Shown: one piece after another, positions 1-9,354 of the stretch
Numbering within the stretch: position 1 is the first letter of the stretch
Layout: each line of letters opens with the position of its first letter
Assembly (NCBI GenBank): GCA_964526295.1
Contig: CAZGKW010000003.1
Span: forward strand, 14,962-78,961
Length of the DNA stretch: 64,000 bases
From: an uncultured Anaerolineales bacterium
GTDB taxonomy: Bacteria; Planctomycetota; Phycisphaerae; FEN-1346
Direction: 5' to 3'
Position numbers and translations under genes: made by a program
The notes under the pieces: generated by a model
Database searches by the model: none
What the model was told of the DNA's origin: nothing
The model's input: only the letters and a program-made list of their open reading frames with translations

Positions 1-418
1 CGCCGGGTCAGGATCCCGACGAGCCGCTTCTCCTCGGTGATGGGGATGCCGGAGATGTTGTTCTCGTCCATGACGTGCTGGGCGGTGGCGACCCGCTCGT
101 TCGGCCCGAGGGTGATCGGGTCGGTGATCACGCCGTTGGCGCTTCGTTTGACCTTCTCGACCTCGCGGCACTGGTCGTCGACGGAGAGGTTCTTGTGGAT
201 GATGCCGATGCCGCCCTCCTGGGCCAGGGCGATGGCCAGGGACGCCTCGGTGACGGTGTCCATGGCGGCCGAGACGAGGGGAACGTGGATGCGGATGTCG
301 CGCGTCAGACGGGTCGAGGTGTCGACGTCGCGGGGGACGGCGTCGCTCTTGGCGGGCAACAACAGGACGTCGTCGAACGTGATGCCTTCGGCGGCGATGC
401 GGTCGGTCAGGCTGGCCA
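1..418 (-). CDS. guaB: IMP dehydrogenase, N-terminal portion; the gene continues beyond the window start
   Basis: Reverse translation from 418 gives MASLTDRIAAEGITFDDVLLLPAKSDAVPRDVDTSTRLTRDIRIHVPLVSAAMDTVTE..GGIGIIHKN, the canonical IMPDH N-terminus. A GGGAGA SD-like motif lies 9 nt upstream. Confidence 0.85.
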
Positions 419-494
419 TACGCACGGGTCTCCCGCGGCCGGATGGAGGGCGCATCACCTCGCGGGCCGGGGTCCCCGTCGGCGCCGGCCGCCC

Positions 495-2435
495 TTACGC
501 CTGGCCGAGGAGCGTCCGGGCCCGCTCGCAGATTGCGTCTACGTCGAGGCCGACGTATCGGAGGATGTCGTCGGCCGTCTTGCCGGACTTCGGCATCCGC
601 TCGGGCGTCAGGCTGAGGACGCGGATGCCGCCGCGCTCGGCCGCGGCGGTCGCCACGGCGCTTCCCAGGCCGCCGGCGTAGTTGTCCTCGACCACCAGCA
701 GCACCGACCCGTCGCCGGCGCCGATCCGGTCGAGGAAATCGTCGGCCAGCGGCACGCTGTAGGCGTCCACGACGCCGCACTCGATGCCGTCGGCGGCGAG
801 CTTCTCGGCCGCCTTGCGCATCTCGTGGACCATGTAGCCCCACGCCACGAGGGTCAGGTCCTTGCCCTCGGCGAGCACCTTCTGGCCGATCAGGTGGAAC
901 GTCTCGTCCGGGCCGTAGACGAGGGGCGTCGCCGGGCGCATGGTCCGCAGGTAGCACAGGCCGTCGTAGTTGGCCGCCAGGACGGTGAGCTTCCAGCTAC
1001 TGACGCCGTCGCAGGGGTTGAGGACGACGGCCCCGGGCCGGCCCTTGGGGGTCCGGACGCTCGACAGGGCCCGGAAGTAGGCCGCGTCGACGACGCCCAT
1101 CTGGCTCGGCCCGTCGGCCCCGAGGCTGACGCCCGTGTGGCTGCCGACCAGCTTGAGGTTGGCGCAGGAGTAGGCAGCCATCTCGATCTGGTCGTAGGCC
1201 CGGACGAGGAACTTGCAGAAGCTGGAGGCGAACGGGACCTTGCCCCCCAGGGCCAGGCCCGCCGCCACCGAGGCCATGTTTTGCTCGGCGATGCGGCACT
1301 CGAAGTAGCGGTCGGGGTGCTCGCCCGCGAAGATCTCCGAGAACGTCGAGTTCGACACGTCGCCGTCCAGGGCCACCACCCGCTCGGAGGCCTTCCCCAG
1401 GGCCTTCAGCACCAGGCCATAGGCGTGCCGCGTGGCCAGCTCGCCCTTGGCGATGCTCTTGGCGAACTTGGTGCCCTCGGTGACGGCCTCCCAGTCGGGG
1501 TCGCCGACGGCGATCGTCTCGTCCTTCCGCTTGGGGACCTCGCCGGTCGGCATGGGGGGGCAAAGCTCGAAGCTCGGCTTCTCTTCCGGGAGCTTCAGCT
1601 CCTCCAGGGCCGCTTCCATCTGCTCGGCCGTCAGGGGTTTGCCGTGGCAGTCGACCTTCTGGAGCTCCGAGACGCCCCATCCCTTGGTGGTCTTGGCGAT
1701 GACGACGACGGGCTTGCCGTCGGGCCCGTCGGCGGCCAGCGCTTTGCGGATGGCGTCCGGGTCGTGGCCGTCGATGACAATCGGGTGCAGACGGTAGGCG
1801 GCGACCTTCTCTTCCAGCGCCTCGGCGCTCTGCTGCGGGCTGGTGTAGTCGCTCTGACCCATGCCGTTGACGTTGAAGATGACCCGGACGTTCGTCAGCT
1901 TCTGGTCGGCGATGAAGTCGAGGGCCTCCCAGACCTGCCCCTCGCGGGCCTCGCCGTCGCCGCACAGGACGAAGATGGTCTTATCGAGGCCGTCGAGCCG
2001 GGCCGCCAGGGCCAGGCCCGCCGCCACCGAGACGCCCTGCCCCAGGGAGCCCGTGGCGGCGTCGAAGAAGGGAAAGCCGATGGCGGGGTTCGGGTGGCCG
2101 TCCAGGACGCTGTCGATCTCGCGGAGGGTCGAGAGATCGTCGACGGTCAGCTTCCGCCCGCGCGTGGGGTCGGAGCCGACCACGCCGCCGAGGTCGGCCC
2201 AGGCCGCGTAGATGATCGGCACGGCGTGGCCTTCGGAGAGGACCAGGCGGTCGTTCAGAGGGTTCCACGGGTTGGCCGTGTCGTGCCGCATCCGGTGATA
2301 CATCAGGACGGCGGTCAGATGGACCAGCGCGAGGGCGGAGTTCGGATGGCCGGAGCCGGCCGCCGTGGTCATGCGTACGCTGTGCCGCGCCAGCTCGATG
2401 GCCTTGTAGCTGACCGCGTCGGCGAAATCACTCAT
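495..2435 (-). CDS. tkt: transketolase
   Basis: 647 aa starting at MSDFADAVSYKAIELARHSV. TPP-binding motifs GHP..ALA and GDGE...G.VWEA, with a transketolase C-terminal domain. Confidence 0.9.
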   Translation of the reverse strand: MSDFADAVSYKAIELARHSVRMTTAAGSGHPNSALALVHLTAVLMYHRMRHDTANPWNPLNDRLVLSEGHAVPIIYAAWADLGGVVGSDPTRGRKLTVDDLSTLREIDSVLDGHPNPAIGFPFFDAATGSLGQGVSVAAGLALAARLDGLDKTIFVLCGDGEAREGQVWEALDFIADQKLTNVRVIFNVNGMGQSDYTSPQQSAEALEEKVAAYRLHPIVIDGHDPDAIRKALAADGPDGKPVVVIAKTTKGWGVSELQKVDCHGKPLTAEQMEAALEELKLPEEKPSFELCPPMPTGEVPKRKDETIAVGDPDWEAVTEGTKFAKSIAKGELATRHAYGLVLKALGKASERVVALDGDVSNSTFSEIFAGEHPDRYFECRIAEQNMASVAAGLALGGKVPFASSFCKFLVRAYDQIEMAAYSCANLKLVGSHTGVSLGADGPSQMGVVDAAYFRALSSVRTPKGRPGAVVLNPCDGVSSWKLTVLAANYDGLCYLRTMRPATPLVYGPDETFHLIGQKVLAEGKDLTLVAWGYMVHEMRKAAEKLAADGIECGVVDAYSVPLADDFLDRIGAGDGSVLLVVEDNYAGGLGSAVATAAAERGGIRVLSLTPERMPKSGKTADDILRYVGLDVDAICERARTLLGQA

Positions 2436-2699
2436 AGTCTTCCCCTGCTGGTTCAACGATGCCCGTAGAAGCGCGAGGCAAATCCCGGCGTCGCCGAAAT
2501 CTGCCCCGACCTGACGCATCTCGTTCGCCGGTGCGACCATTTACCACGCTGCCCCCTGCCGAGTCAACCAAATTCCCGCCCAGGGCCCCGGCGCCGGTGG
2601 TGCGGGCGAGGAAGGGGGCACAATCCGCTTGCAGGGCGGCCCGCGGCACGGCATAACTCCTCATCAGGTACCTCCGTGGACATTCGAAAGAGGCGTGCC

Positions 2700-3905
2700 A
2701 TGTCGCTTCGAGCGGCGGCCGAACGCGAACTGCGGATCGACGCCCTCCGGGCCTGCCGGCGGATCGAGGCATTCATCCGCCGGGTCCGCGACGACCGCCG
2801 CGCCTCGGGCGTCCTCATCGGCGTCAGCGGGGGCGTCGACTCGGCCCTCCTGGCGGGCCTGGCGGTCCGTGCCGTCGGCTCGGGCGGCGTCCACGTCGCG
2901 TTTCTGGCCAGCCCGGACCTGGCGCCGGCCGGCATGGCCGGAGCGCGGACGGTGGCCGACTGGCTCGGGTTGGACCTGGAGGTGATCGACACAGAGCCGG
3001 CGCTCCGCCGGCGGGGGTTCTACGGCCCGTGGCTGGTGCGTTTCCTGAACTTCTCGCCGCCCGGCTCCGTGGGCCCGCTGCTGCGGCTGTATCAGCATCT
3101 GACCGGAGAGACCGAGTTCGTCTCGGGACTCCGACGTGGCGACTTCGGGGGCCGGTCGCTGACCGGTCTGGCCTTCAGAGCGGCGGTGGAGCGGGTCCTG
3201 GCCGTCCAGCACGGCCGACACGTCCACCGGCGGGAGGTGCTGGAGGGGCGGGCCGCCGCCCTGGGGGCGGTCCTCGTCGGGGCGGGGAACCGGTCGGAGC
3301 TTCTGACAGGCTACTTTACGCCGGGCTCGATCGACGATTGCCCCATCTCGCCGCTTCTCGGTCTTTACAAGACGCAGGTCCGCCAGATCGCCGCCCACGT
3401 CGGCGTCCCCGCCGCCATCCGCCGACGCCCGCCGTCGGCCGGAGGCGTCGGCGGGATCGGCGACGAGCAGGTCATGGCGGCATCGTACGCCGCAATCGAC
3501 CTCGTGCTCGATGCCATGGACCGCGGCGGGTCGGGCGAGAGGGCGGTCCGCCTGGGTGTCGAACCCGAGACGGTCCGACGGGTCCGCCAGATGCACCGGC
3601 TCTCGGCATGGAAGCGGACGACGCGGCACCTGCCGCCGCCCGCCGACGGGGGCATCGGGGGCGGACTGAGGACCGCGGACACTCGACCCGGACCGCCCGC
3701 GGCGCCGCTCCGGCCGCCCGGCCAGGCGGACGCCCCCGGCCGGGAGGCGGGTCCCGGCGCCGAACAGCAATCGACCGGTTTTTCGGGTGTCCTTTCGCCG
3801 ACTCGAATGGTTCAAGGTGTAGCGGGCCCAGGCGACACAGCAGCGTCCGGCCGCCGAGGCGGCGGCATACAACGGGGCGGCCGGCGTTCGACGCGTCGCG
3901 GATAG
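2700..3905 (+). CDS. nadE: NH3-dependent NAD+ synthetase with a roughly 90-aa Pro/Gly/Arg-rich C-terminal extension
   Basis: GVSGGVDSA PP-loop and the ELLTGYFT...D..PI motif. The start could be the upstream ATG at 2676. Confidence 0.8.
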   Translation: MSLRAAAERELRIDALRACRRIEAFIRRVRDDRRASGVLIGVSGGVDSALLAGLAVRAVGSGGVHVAFLASPDLAPAGMAGARTVADWLGLDLEVIDTEPALRRRGFYGPWLVRFLNFSPPGSVGPLLRLYQHLTGETEFVSGLRRGDFGGRSLTGLAFRAAVERVLAVQHGRHVHRREVLEGRAAALGAVLVGAGNRSELLTGYFTPGSIDDCPISPLLGLYKTQVRQIAAHVGVPAAIRRRPPSAGGVGGIGDEQVMAASYAAIDLVLDAMDRGGSGERAVRLGVEPETVRRVRQMHRLSAWKRTTRHLPPPADGGIGGGLRTADTRPGPPAAPLRPPGQADAPGREAGPGAEQQSTGFSGVLSPTRMVQGVAGPGDTAASGRRGGGIQRGGRRSTRRG

Positions 3906-3920
3906 CCCGGGGGAGACCCC

Positions 3921-6059
3921 ATGTCTCGCATCCGATCTCCATTCGTTTGGGTGGCCGCAGTCGTGGTGCTCTGCGCCGGCGGCGCCCGGGGGGCCGAGCC
4001 GATGGAGGTGCAGGAGGCCCGGGAGGTCTTCGAGTCGCTCTTCGGGGCCGACCTGGGAAAGGTTGCCGCCACGCGCGACACCCGCGACGACGTCGAGCTC
4101 GGCGCGAAGCTCCTCGAGACCGCTCGGACCACCCCCAACCATCCCGAGCTCATCGCCCTGCTGTGCGTGAAGGCATTCGAGCTGGGTTCGACCCACCGGA
4201 TGGGCTACGAGACCGCCGCCGAGGCCATGGACTACCTCTCGGCCCAGCAGCCCGAGAAGGCCCCCGCCTGCCAGGAGCAGGTGCTGCCGATCCGGCAGCG
4301 TCTTTACGACACGACGCGCGGCCGGGACCGGACCGAGGCCGGCCAGGCCCTGCTCGCCTCCCTCGAGACGGTCGCCGACGCCAAGACGCGGGGTCGCGAC
4401 TTCGTCGAGGCGGGGTCCCTCTACCGCCGGGCCATCTACCTGGCCCGGTCGATCCAGTCCGATCGACAGGGGCCCATCGAGGAGAAGGCCCGGCACCTCG
4501 TGCGCCTCCGCCACGTCCAGCAGCAGATCGAGATGCTCCAGGGCCGGCTGGAGGCCGATCCCTCGAACGCCGTCGCACGCGACGGGATCGTCCGCCTCTG
4601 CCTGGTCGACATGAACGACCCGAAGGCGGCCGCCGGCTTCCTGAACGACGCCTCCGGCGAGGAGCTGCGCCGTTACGTCCCTGCGGCCGCCAAGCCCCTG
4701 GACGAGGTCCCCGAGCTGGCCCTGCTGGAACTGGGCGACTGGTACCGGAAGCTGGGCGAGTCGGCCGAGAAGCAGGCCCGCGTCTCCATGCTCCTCCGGG
4801 CCCGCGAGTACTACGAGCACTTCCTGGCGGTCCACGAGGAGCAGGACCTCCGGCACACCCAGGCGACGCTGGCCCTCGAGCAGGTCGACGAGGAGCTGAA
4901 GGAACTCGGCGCCGGCCCGGGCGGGGGCTCGAAAGACGGCCCGATCATCGGCCGCACACTCGACCTCCTGGCCTTGATCGATCCGACGAAGGACACGGCC
5001 TCCGGCACGTGGGAGTTCCAGGGCACGCGGCTGCACGCCGGCGGAACGGGGGCCGCCAAGCTCACCGTCCCGCTCCTCCCAAAGGGCGACTACGAACTCC
5101 AGGCCAAGTTCGTCCGGATGGCCCCGACGGACGAAGTCAACCTGAACCTGCCGGTGGGCGACTCCGCCGTCCTGGTCCGCCTCGGGGCTTCCGTGGGCCG
5201 GGGCGCCGACATCGTCAGCGGCCTGGCCCTGGTCAACGGCCGCGACGCCGATGCCAACGTCACGACCGTCAAGCCGGCGCGCTTCGTCCAGGGCACGCCC
5301 TACACGGTGGACGTCAAGGTGATCGTCCGTGCCGACCAGGCCCAGGTCACAATCGAGCTGAACGGGAGGCCGTACATCACGTGGGCCGGTCCGTGGTCGG
5401 CGCTGACGGTGCCGCCCGACTGGGCCCTTCCGGAAAGCGGGACGCTGGGCCTCGGGGCCGTCGGCAAGGACGTCATCTTCGGCGGGGCGACGCTGAAGAT
5501 GCTCTCGGGGAAGGTGTGGGCGTCGCGGGAACCGACGCGTGCGATCCCGGGCCTCGCGATGCGCCCGCCCATCGAGCCGACCCACACCGCGAAGCCCGGC
5601 GGGGCCCGGATGGGCCTGGCGACGGCCTACTATAAGCTCGAGACGACCGCCACGGCGGCCGACCTCCCGAGCATCCAGCCCTACGCCCAGGACGTGGTCC
5701 AGCAGCTCTACTTTCCCTACGCCCGGTCCGCCTTGCCGCAGTCGGAGCGGCGAGGCTGGGTGGGCGCCATGTTCGTCGGCTACCTCGAGGTCAAGGCCGC
5801 CGGCGAGCACGTCTTTCACATGTCGGCCGAAGACGGGGCGATCATCTACCTCGGTCAGGACAAACTCATCGAGGGGTCCACCGACCGGTCGCGGGAGATC
5901 TCGCGGAAGGTCACGCTCAAGGAAGGGTTCTACGCCATCCGGGCCCAGTACTACCAGGGCCACCCGTACGGCCAGTTCATCCTGCGGTGGGAAGGCCCCG
6001 GCATCGACAAGCAGGTCATTCCGGTGGGGGCGTTCTGGTACGTCCCGGGGACGCGCTGA
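3921..6059 (+). CDS. secreted protein with a C-terminal PA14 domain
   Basis: N-terminal signal peptide MSRIRSPFVWVAAVVVLCAGGARGAEP. C-terminus GWVGAMFVGYLEV..GEHVFHMSAEDGAIIYLG...GFYAIRAQYYQG matches the PA14 fold pattern. GGGGAG SD precedes the start. Confidence 0.8.
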   Translation: MSRIRSPFVWVAAVVVLCAGGARGAEPMEVQEAREVFESLFGADLGKVAATRDTRDDVELGAKLLETARTTPNHPELIALLCVKAFELGSTHRMGYETAAEAMDYLSAQQPEKAPACQEQVLPIRQRLYDTTRGRDRTEAGQALLASLETVADAKTRGRDFVEAGSLYRRAIYLARSIQSDRQGPIEEKARHLVRLRHVQQQIEMLQGRLEADPSNAVARDGIVRLCLVDMNDPKAAAGFLNDASGEELRRYVPAAAKPLDEVPELALLELGDWYRKLGESAEKQARVSMLLRAREYYEHFLAVHEEQDLRHTQATLALEQVDEELKELGAGPGGGSKDGPIIGRTLDLLALIDPTKDTASGTWEFQGTRLHAGGTGAAKLTVPLLPKGDYELQAKFVRMAPTDEVNLNLPVGDSAVLVRLGASVGRGADIVSGLALVNGRDADANVTTVKPARFVQGTPYTVDVKVIVRADQAQVTIELNGRPYITWAGPWSALTVPPDWALPESGTLGLGAVGKDVIFGGATLKMLSGKVWASREPTRAIPGLAMRPPIEPTHTAKPGGARMGLATAYYKLETTATAADLPSIQPYAQDVVQQLYFPYARSALPQSERRGWVGAMFVGYLEVKAAGEHVFHMSAEDGAIIYLGQDKLIEGSTDRSREISRKVTLKEGFYAIRAQYYQGHPYGQFILRWEGPGIDKQVIPVGAFWYVPGTR

Positions 6060-6100
6060 GCGGAACGGCGCGTGCGCCCAGCCCCTCATTACGCGTCGCG

Positions 6101-7168
6101 TCACGCCTCGCCGAGGAACTCATCGAGGTCGACCGCCCGGCCGGTCCGCGATGATTCGGCGATCGCCAGGCACACCGCCAAATCGTGCAGTCCCGCCTCG
6201 CCCGGCGCGGGGTACGGCTCGCCCGTCCGGATCGACCGGGCGAAAAGCTCGTGGACCGTCGGACGGTGGAGCTGGTCGGGGCCCTGGGTGCACGTGACGG
6301 CCTCGCCGGGCGCGTCGTAGCGGAGCAGCTCGCCCGAGAACGTCGAGCGGGTCGAGAAGGCCCTCAGCAGGCCCCCCTGCCGCTGCTTCCACAGGCCCCC
6401 TTCCGTGCCCCAGACCGCCGTCACCATGGTGGGCACCTCGGGCCGGCTCACCAGGACGTAGGACGAGGCGGCCGTGCCGACCACGCCGGTGTCGAGCTCC
6501 AGGGCGGCGGCGGTGGAATCGTCGCCCTCCATCTTCGCCAGCATCGTCTTCATGATGCCGGCGACGCGGCGGACGCGGGCCCCGAGCAGCCAGCAGATCT
6601 CGCGGACGTTGTGGACGGTGAGCTGGATGAAGCTGCCGCCGCCGGTCCGCTTCAGGCTGGTCCGCCAGGAGTCGGGCTTCAGGTCGCGCCAGCCCGGCCG
6701 GCCGAACGAAAGGTGAAACGCCGTCGGCGTGCCGATGAACCCCTCGTCGATGGCCCGCTTCATGTCGTTCAGGGTCAGCTCGTTGAGGTCGTCGATGAAG
6801 ACGCCGAGGCGGCACCCGGCCTCCCGTGCCCCGCGGACCATCGCCTTGCCTTCGGCGAGGCCCGTGGCCATGGGTTTCTGGACGAAGACGTGCTTGCCGG
6901 CGGCGAAGGCGGCCGCCGCCTGCGGCGCGTGCAGGTAGTTCGGCGTGTGCAGGTCGACCATCTCGACGTCGTCGCGCGCCAGGACCGCCTCGTAGTCGTC
7001 CGTGACCTGCTCGGCGCCGAGCGCCCCGGCGGCCCGCTCGGCGACACTCCGGTCGGGGTCGCACACGGCGACGTACCGGAGCGCATCGAGGGCCTTCAGC
7101 ATCGGGACCACGCGTCCCCCGGCGAACCCTCCGGCCCCCACGAGCGCCGCCCGCACCGGCTCGGCCAT
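6101..7168 (-). CDS. Gfo/Idh/MocA family oxidoreductase
   Basis: N-terminal Rossmann motif ALVGAGGFAGG, EMVDLHTPNYLH, GKHVFVQKP. Confidence 0.8.
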   Translation of the reverse strand: MAEPVRAALVGAGGFAGGRVVPMLKALDALRYVAVCDPDRSVAERAAGALGAEQVTDDYEAVLARDDVEMVDLHTPNYLHAPQAAAAFAAGKHVFVQKPMATGLAEGKAMVRGAREAGCRLGVFIDDLNELTLNDMKRAIDEGFIGTPTAFHLSFGRPGWRDLKPDSWRTSLKRTGGGSFIQLTVHNVREICWLLGARVRRVAGIMKTMLAKMEGDDSTAAALELDTGVVGTAASSYVLVSRPEVPTMVTAVWGTEGGLWKQRQGGLLRAFSTRSTFSGELLRYDAPGEAVTCTQGPDQLHRPTVHELFARSIRTGEPYPAPGEAGLHDLAVCLAIAESSRTGRAVDLDEFLGEA

Positions 7169-7186
7169 CGCTCCTCCCGTCACGCA

Positions 7187-7211
7187 GAAAAGACACTTAG
7201 TGTCTTTTTTT
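7187..7211 (-). terminator. AT-rich hairpin plus T-tract downstream of the 7280..8431 gene
   Basis: AAAAGACAC-TTA-GTGTCTTTTTTT is unusually AT-rich for this genome. There is an A-tract on one side and a T-tract on the other. Confidence 0.45.
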
Positions 7212-7279
7212 GGCGCGCCAAGCCCTTGCCACTACAGTACTTACGCTCGTGCGTTCTCTGCATCTCGGGTCGCCGGGGC

Positions 7280-8431
7280 CTAGCGCTGCCACTGGCCGAG
7301 CTTCGCGAGGAGCGACTTCGGCCGCACGCCGTGGCCGTAGCTCCCGTGGTGCCGCCAGGGGACCCGCTCCAGGCCCGTCCCCTCCAAGACCTCCGAGATG
7401 ACCGCGAGGCTGAACCCCCGGAACATGTCGCTGCACGGGTCGGGCTGGCCGGGCTCGCCGCGGCACTGCCGCCACCCGAACTCGTCGCGGAAGCTTTCCT
7501 TGCCCTTCTCGCCCTTGCCCGGCTCGTAGTCGAGGAACCCGCTGCGGGGCTTCTGCATATGAAGGACCCACTCCAGCGTCTTCTCCATGGCCTCGGCCAC
7601 CTCGCGGCGGCGGACGTCGTACTGCTGCGACAGCGTGCAGACCGTGTCCGTGACGTCCATGTCGGAGCAGCACCCGCCGCCGAAGTGCCCCTCGGGGGCC
7701 CCGATGGAGAGGCTGGAGTCGATCATCGCCTCGGGCCGCGGCACCTCCCGGTCGTACATCCAATACGCCATCAGGGTGTGGTACCCGCCGTACTGCTGGT
7801 GATGGACGGGGAACCCGCCGACGATGTCCCACCAGCCGGTCTCGGGGTCCTGGTTGGCCTCGTGCCACGCGAAAAACGCCCCCATGGCCTCCAGGTTGGC
7901 CGCGTCGCCGGTCACGACGTGATCGAAGCCCACGAGCGACCCGATGTCGTAGGTCCAGTTGCCGACCACCCAGGGGGTGAGCTTCCAGGGGAGCGATTCG
8001 ATGCGCCGGACCATGGCGTCTGGCGTCAGGATGTCGTGGCAGGCGCGGATCGGCAACTTCGGCCTGCCGCCGAGGACGTCGAGGGCCGTCAGGATGAACG
8101 TCGTCGAGTGCCAGAAGAGCAGCTCGTCGGTGTGGTTCGGGCTGGTGCGTTCCTCGCTGCGGAAAACCGGGTCGATGTAGAGGCCGGTGGCCTCGTCCTG
8201 GCCGCCGGCGAGGTAGTCGGCCCACTGGCGCCGCTCGTCCTCGGAAAGCGAATCGAGGTCCCCGAAGAGGTACCTCGTCAGGGCGACGAACGCGCTTGCC
8301 CAGTAGGTGGGCTTGCAGAGGGGGGAGTAGACGTAGCGGCCGTAGGGCTCGCCCTCGACGCGGAGCGATTCGCAGTGGGCCAGCACGCCGTCGCGGATGG
8401 CGTCGGGGTCGTCGACTCGGACGTCGGTCAT
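7280..8431 (-). CDS. hypothetical protein, possibly alpha/alpha-toroid-like
   Basis: Strong GC3 bias. Begins MTDVRVDDPDAIRDGVLAHCESL. No family assigned from sequence alone. Confidence 0.6.
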   Translation of the reverse strand: MTDVRVDDPDAIRDGVLAHCESLRVEGEPYGRYVYSPLCKPTYWASAFVALTRYLFGDLDSLSEDERRQWADYLAGGQDEATGLYIDPVFRSEERTSPNHTDELLFWHSTTFILTALDVLGGRPKLPIRACHDILTPDAMVRRIESLPWKLTPWVVGNWTYDIGSLVGFDHVVTGDAANLEAMGAFFAWHEANQDPETGWWDIVGGFPVHHQQYGGYHTLMAYWMYDREVPRPEAMIDSSLSIGAPEGHFGGGCCSDMDVTDTVCTLSQQYDVRRREVAEAMEKTLEWVLHMQKPRSGFLDYEPGKGEKGKESFRDEFGWRQCRGEPGQPDPCSDMFRGFSLAVISEVLEGTGLERVPWRHHGSYGHGVRPKSLLAKLGQWQR

Positions 8432-8583
8432 GGGTTCGGCTCCTTGTGATGCTTTCTCGACTGCGCTGCGGCTCCGAAAATCGCTGCGCGGTGGTTCTCC
8501 GCGACCACCGCGCCAAGTAGGCTGAGCGCGGCGGGCACGGAGACCCGCCGCGCCGAGCAACTTCAGAGCGTTACGCCGACCGG

Positions 8584-9354
8584 TCACGATTCGCGGGCCG
8601 GCTTGCGCCGGGGCAGGTCCGGGTGACGCATCATATACCAGGCCTCCCGGAGTGTCGAGAGGATGTGGCCGAGGCGGACGGTGCTCTCGCCGCCGGCCCG
8701 AGGACGGTGCGTCACGCCGGTCTCGGCGATCCGGTAGCCGAGGACGTTCGCCTTCGCGAGGACCTCGGCGTCGACGAAGAACTCGTCCGAGTGGATCGTC
8801 ACCTCGTCGAAGATCGCCCGCCGGTAGAGCTTGAACGCGCAGTCGGGGTCGCGGACCCGCACGCCGAAGAGCACCGCGACAAAGAGACGGTAGCCCCGTG
8901 CGGCAAGCTTGCGGAGCCAGGGGTCCTGCCGGTCGGCCCGGTAGCCGGTGACGACGTCGGCGCCGCCGACCTCATGGAGGAGCCGCGTGATCTCGTTCGG
9001 GTCGAACTGGCCGTCGGAGTCGGTGTAGAAGACGAGGGGCAAGGTCGCGCTGCGGAACCCGCTCCGAAGGGCCGCCCCGTAGCCCTGGTTCGCGGCCTTG
9101 TGGATGACACGGACGGCCTCGTGCTCGGCGGCGAGGGCATCGGCGATCTCGCCCGTCGAGTCCGTGGAACCGTCGTCGACGATGATGATCTCGAACCGGT
9201 CGCACTCCCGCTCGAGGGCCTTGCGGAGCCCTTCCGCGACGGCCTGGAGGTTGGCCTCTTCGTTGTAGGCCGGCAGGACGGCACTGACGGCGTGCTTCGG
9301 CCCGAGCTTACGGCGTTTCTTGCTCACGGGTCTGCGGCCTCTCCTACCAAGCAT
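8584..9354 (-). CDS. family 2 glycosyltransferase, polyprenyl-phosphate sugar transferase (ArnC/DPM1-like)
   Basis: VLPAYNEE...IIIVDDGSTDST...TDSDGQ motifs typical of GT2 DPM/ArnC-like enzymes. Confidence 0.8.
   Translation of the reverse strand: MLGRRGRRPVSKKRRKLGPKHAVSAVLPAYNEEANLQAVAEGLRKALERECDRFEIIIVDDGSTDSTGEIADALAAEHEAVRVIHKAANQGYGAALRSGFRSATLPLVFYTDSDGQFDPNEITRLLHEVGGADVVTGYRADRQDPWLRKLAARGYRLFVAVLFGVRVRDPDCAFKLYRRAIFDEVTIHSDEFFVDAEVLAKANVLGYRIAETGVTHRPRAGGESTVRLGHILSTLREAWYMMRHPDLPRRKPARES

Noticed and set aside
416-457. An in-frame upstream ATG 12 codons before the guaB start, with a GAGGTG motif
   Set aside because: The GAGGTG lies 0-1 nt from that ATG, so it cannot function as an SD. 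The canonical IMPDH N-terminus begins at MASLTDRI (418), which has its own GGGAGA SD.
75-2468. 797-aa plus-strand ORF
   Set aside because: It is antisense to guaB/tkt. Its composition is Ala/Gly/Arg/Asp-rich with no motifs, whereas the opposite strand encodes unmistakable IMPDH and transketolase. High-GC genomes generate such shadow ORFs.
2664-6104. 1146-aa minus-strand ORF and the 868-aa plus-strand ORF at 3029..5635
   Set aside because: Antisense or off-frame relative to nadE and the PA14 protein. They are Arg/Pro/Gly-rich junk with no GC3 bias. The same applies to 6185..8449(+), 9632..11200(+), 11249..13360(+), 15960..17711(+), 17743..18840(+), 19087..20631(+), 24487..25791(+), 24740..27577(-), 30327..32423(+), 32420..33982(+), 35811..37364(+), 38372..40033(+), 42324..44267(+), 47745..49796(+), 55591..57837(+) and 61784..63211(-).
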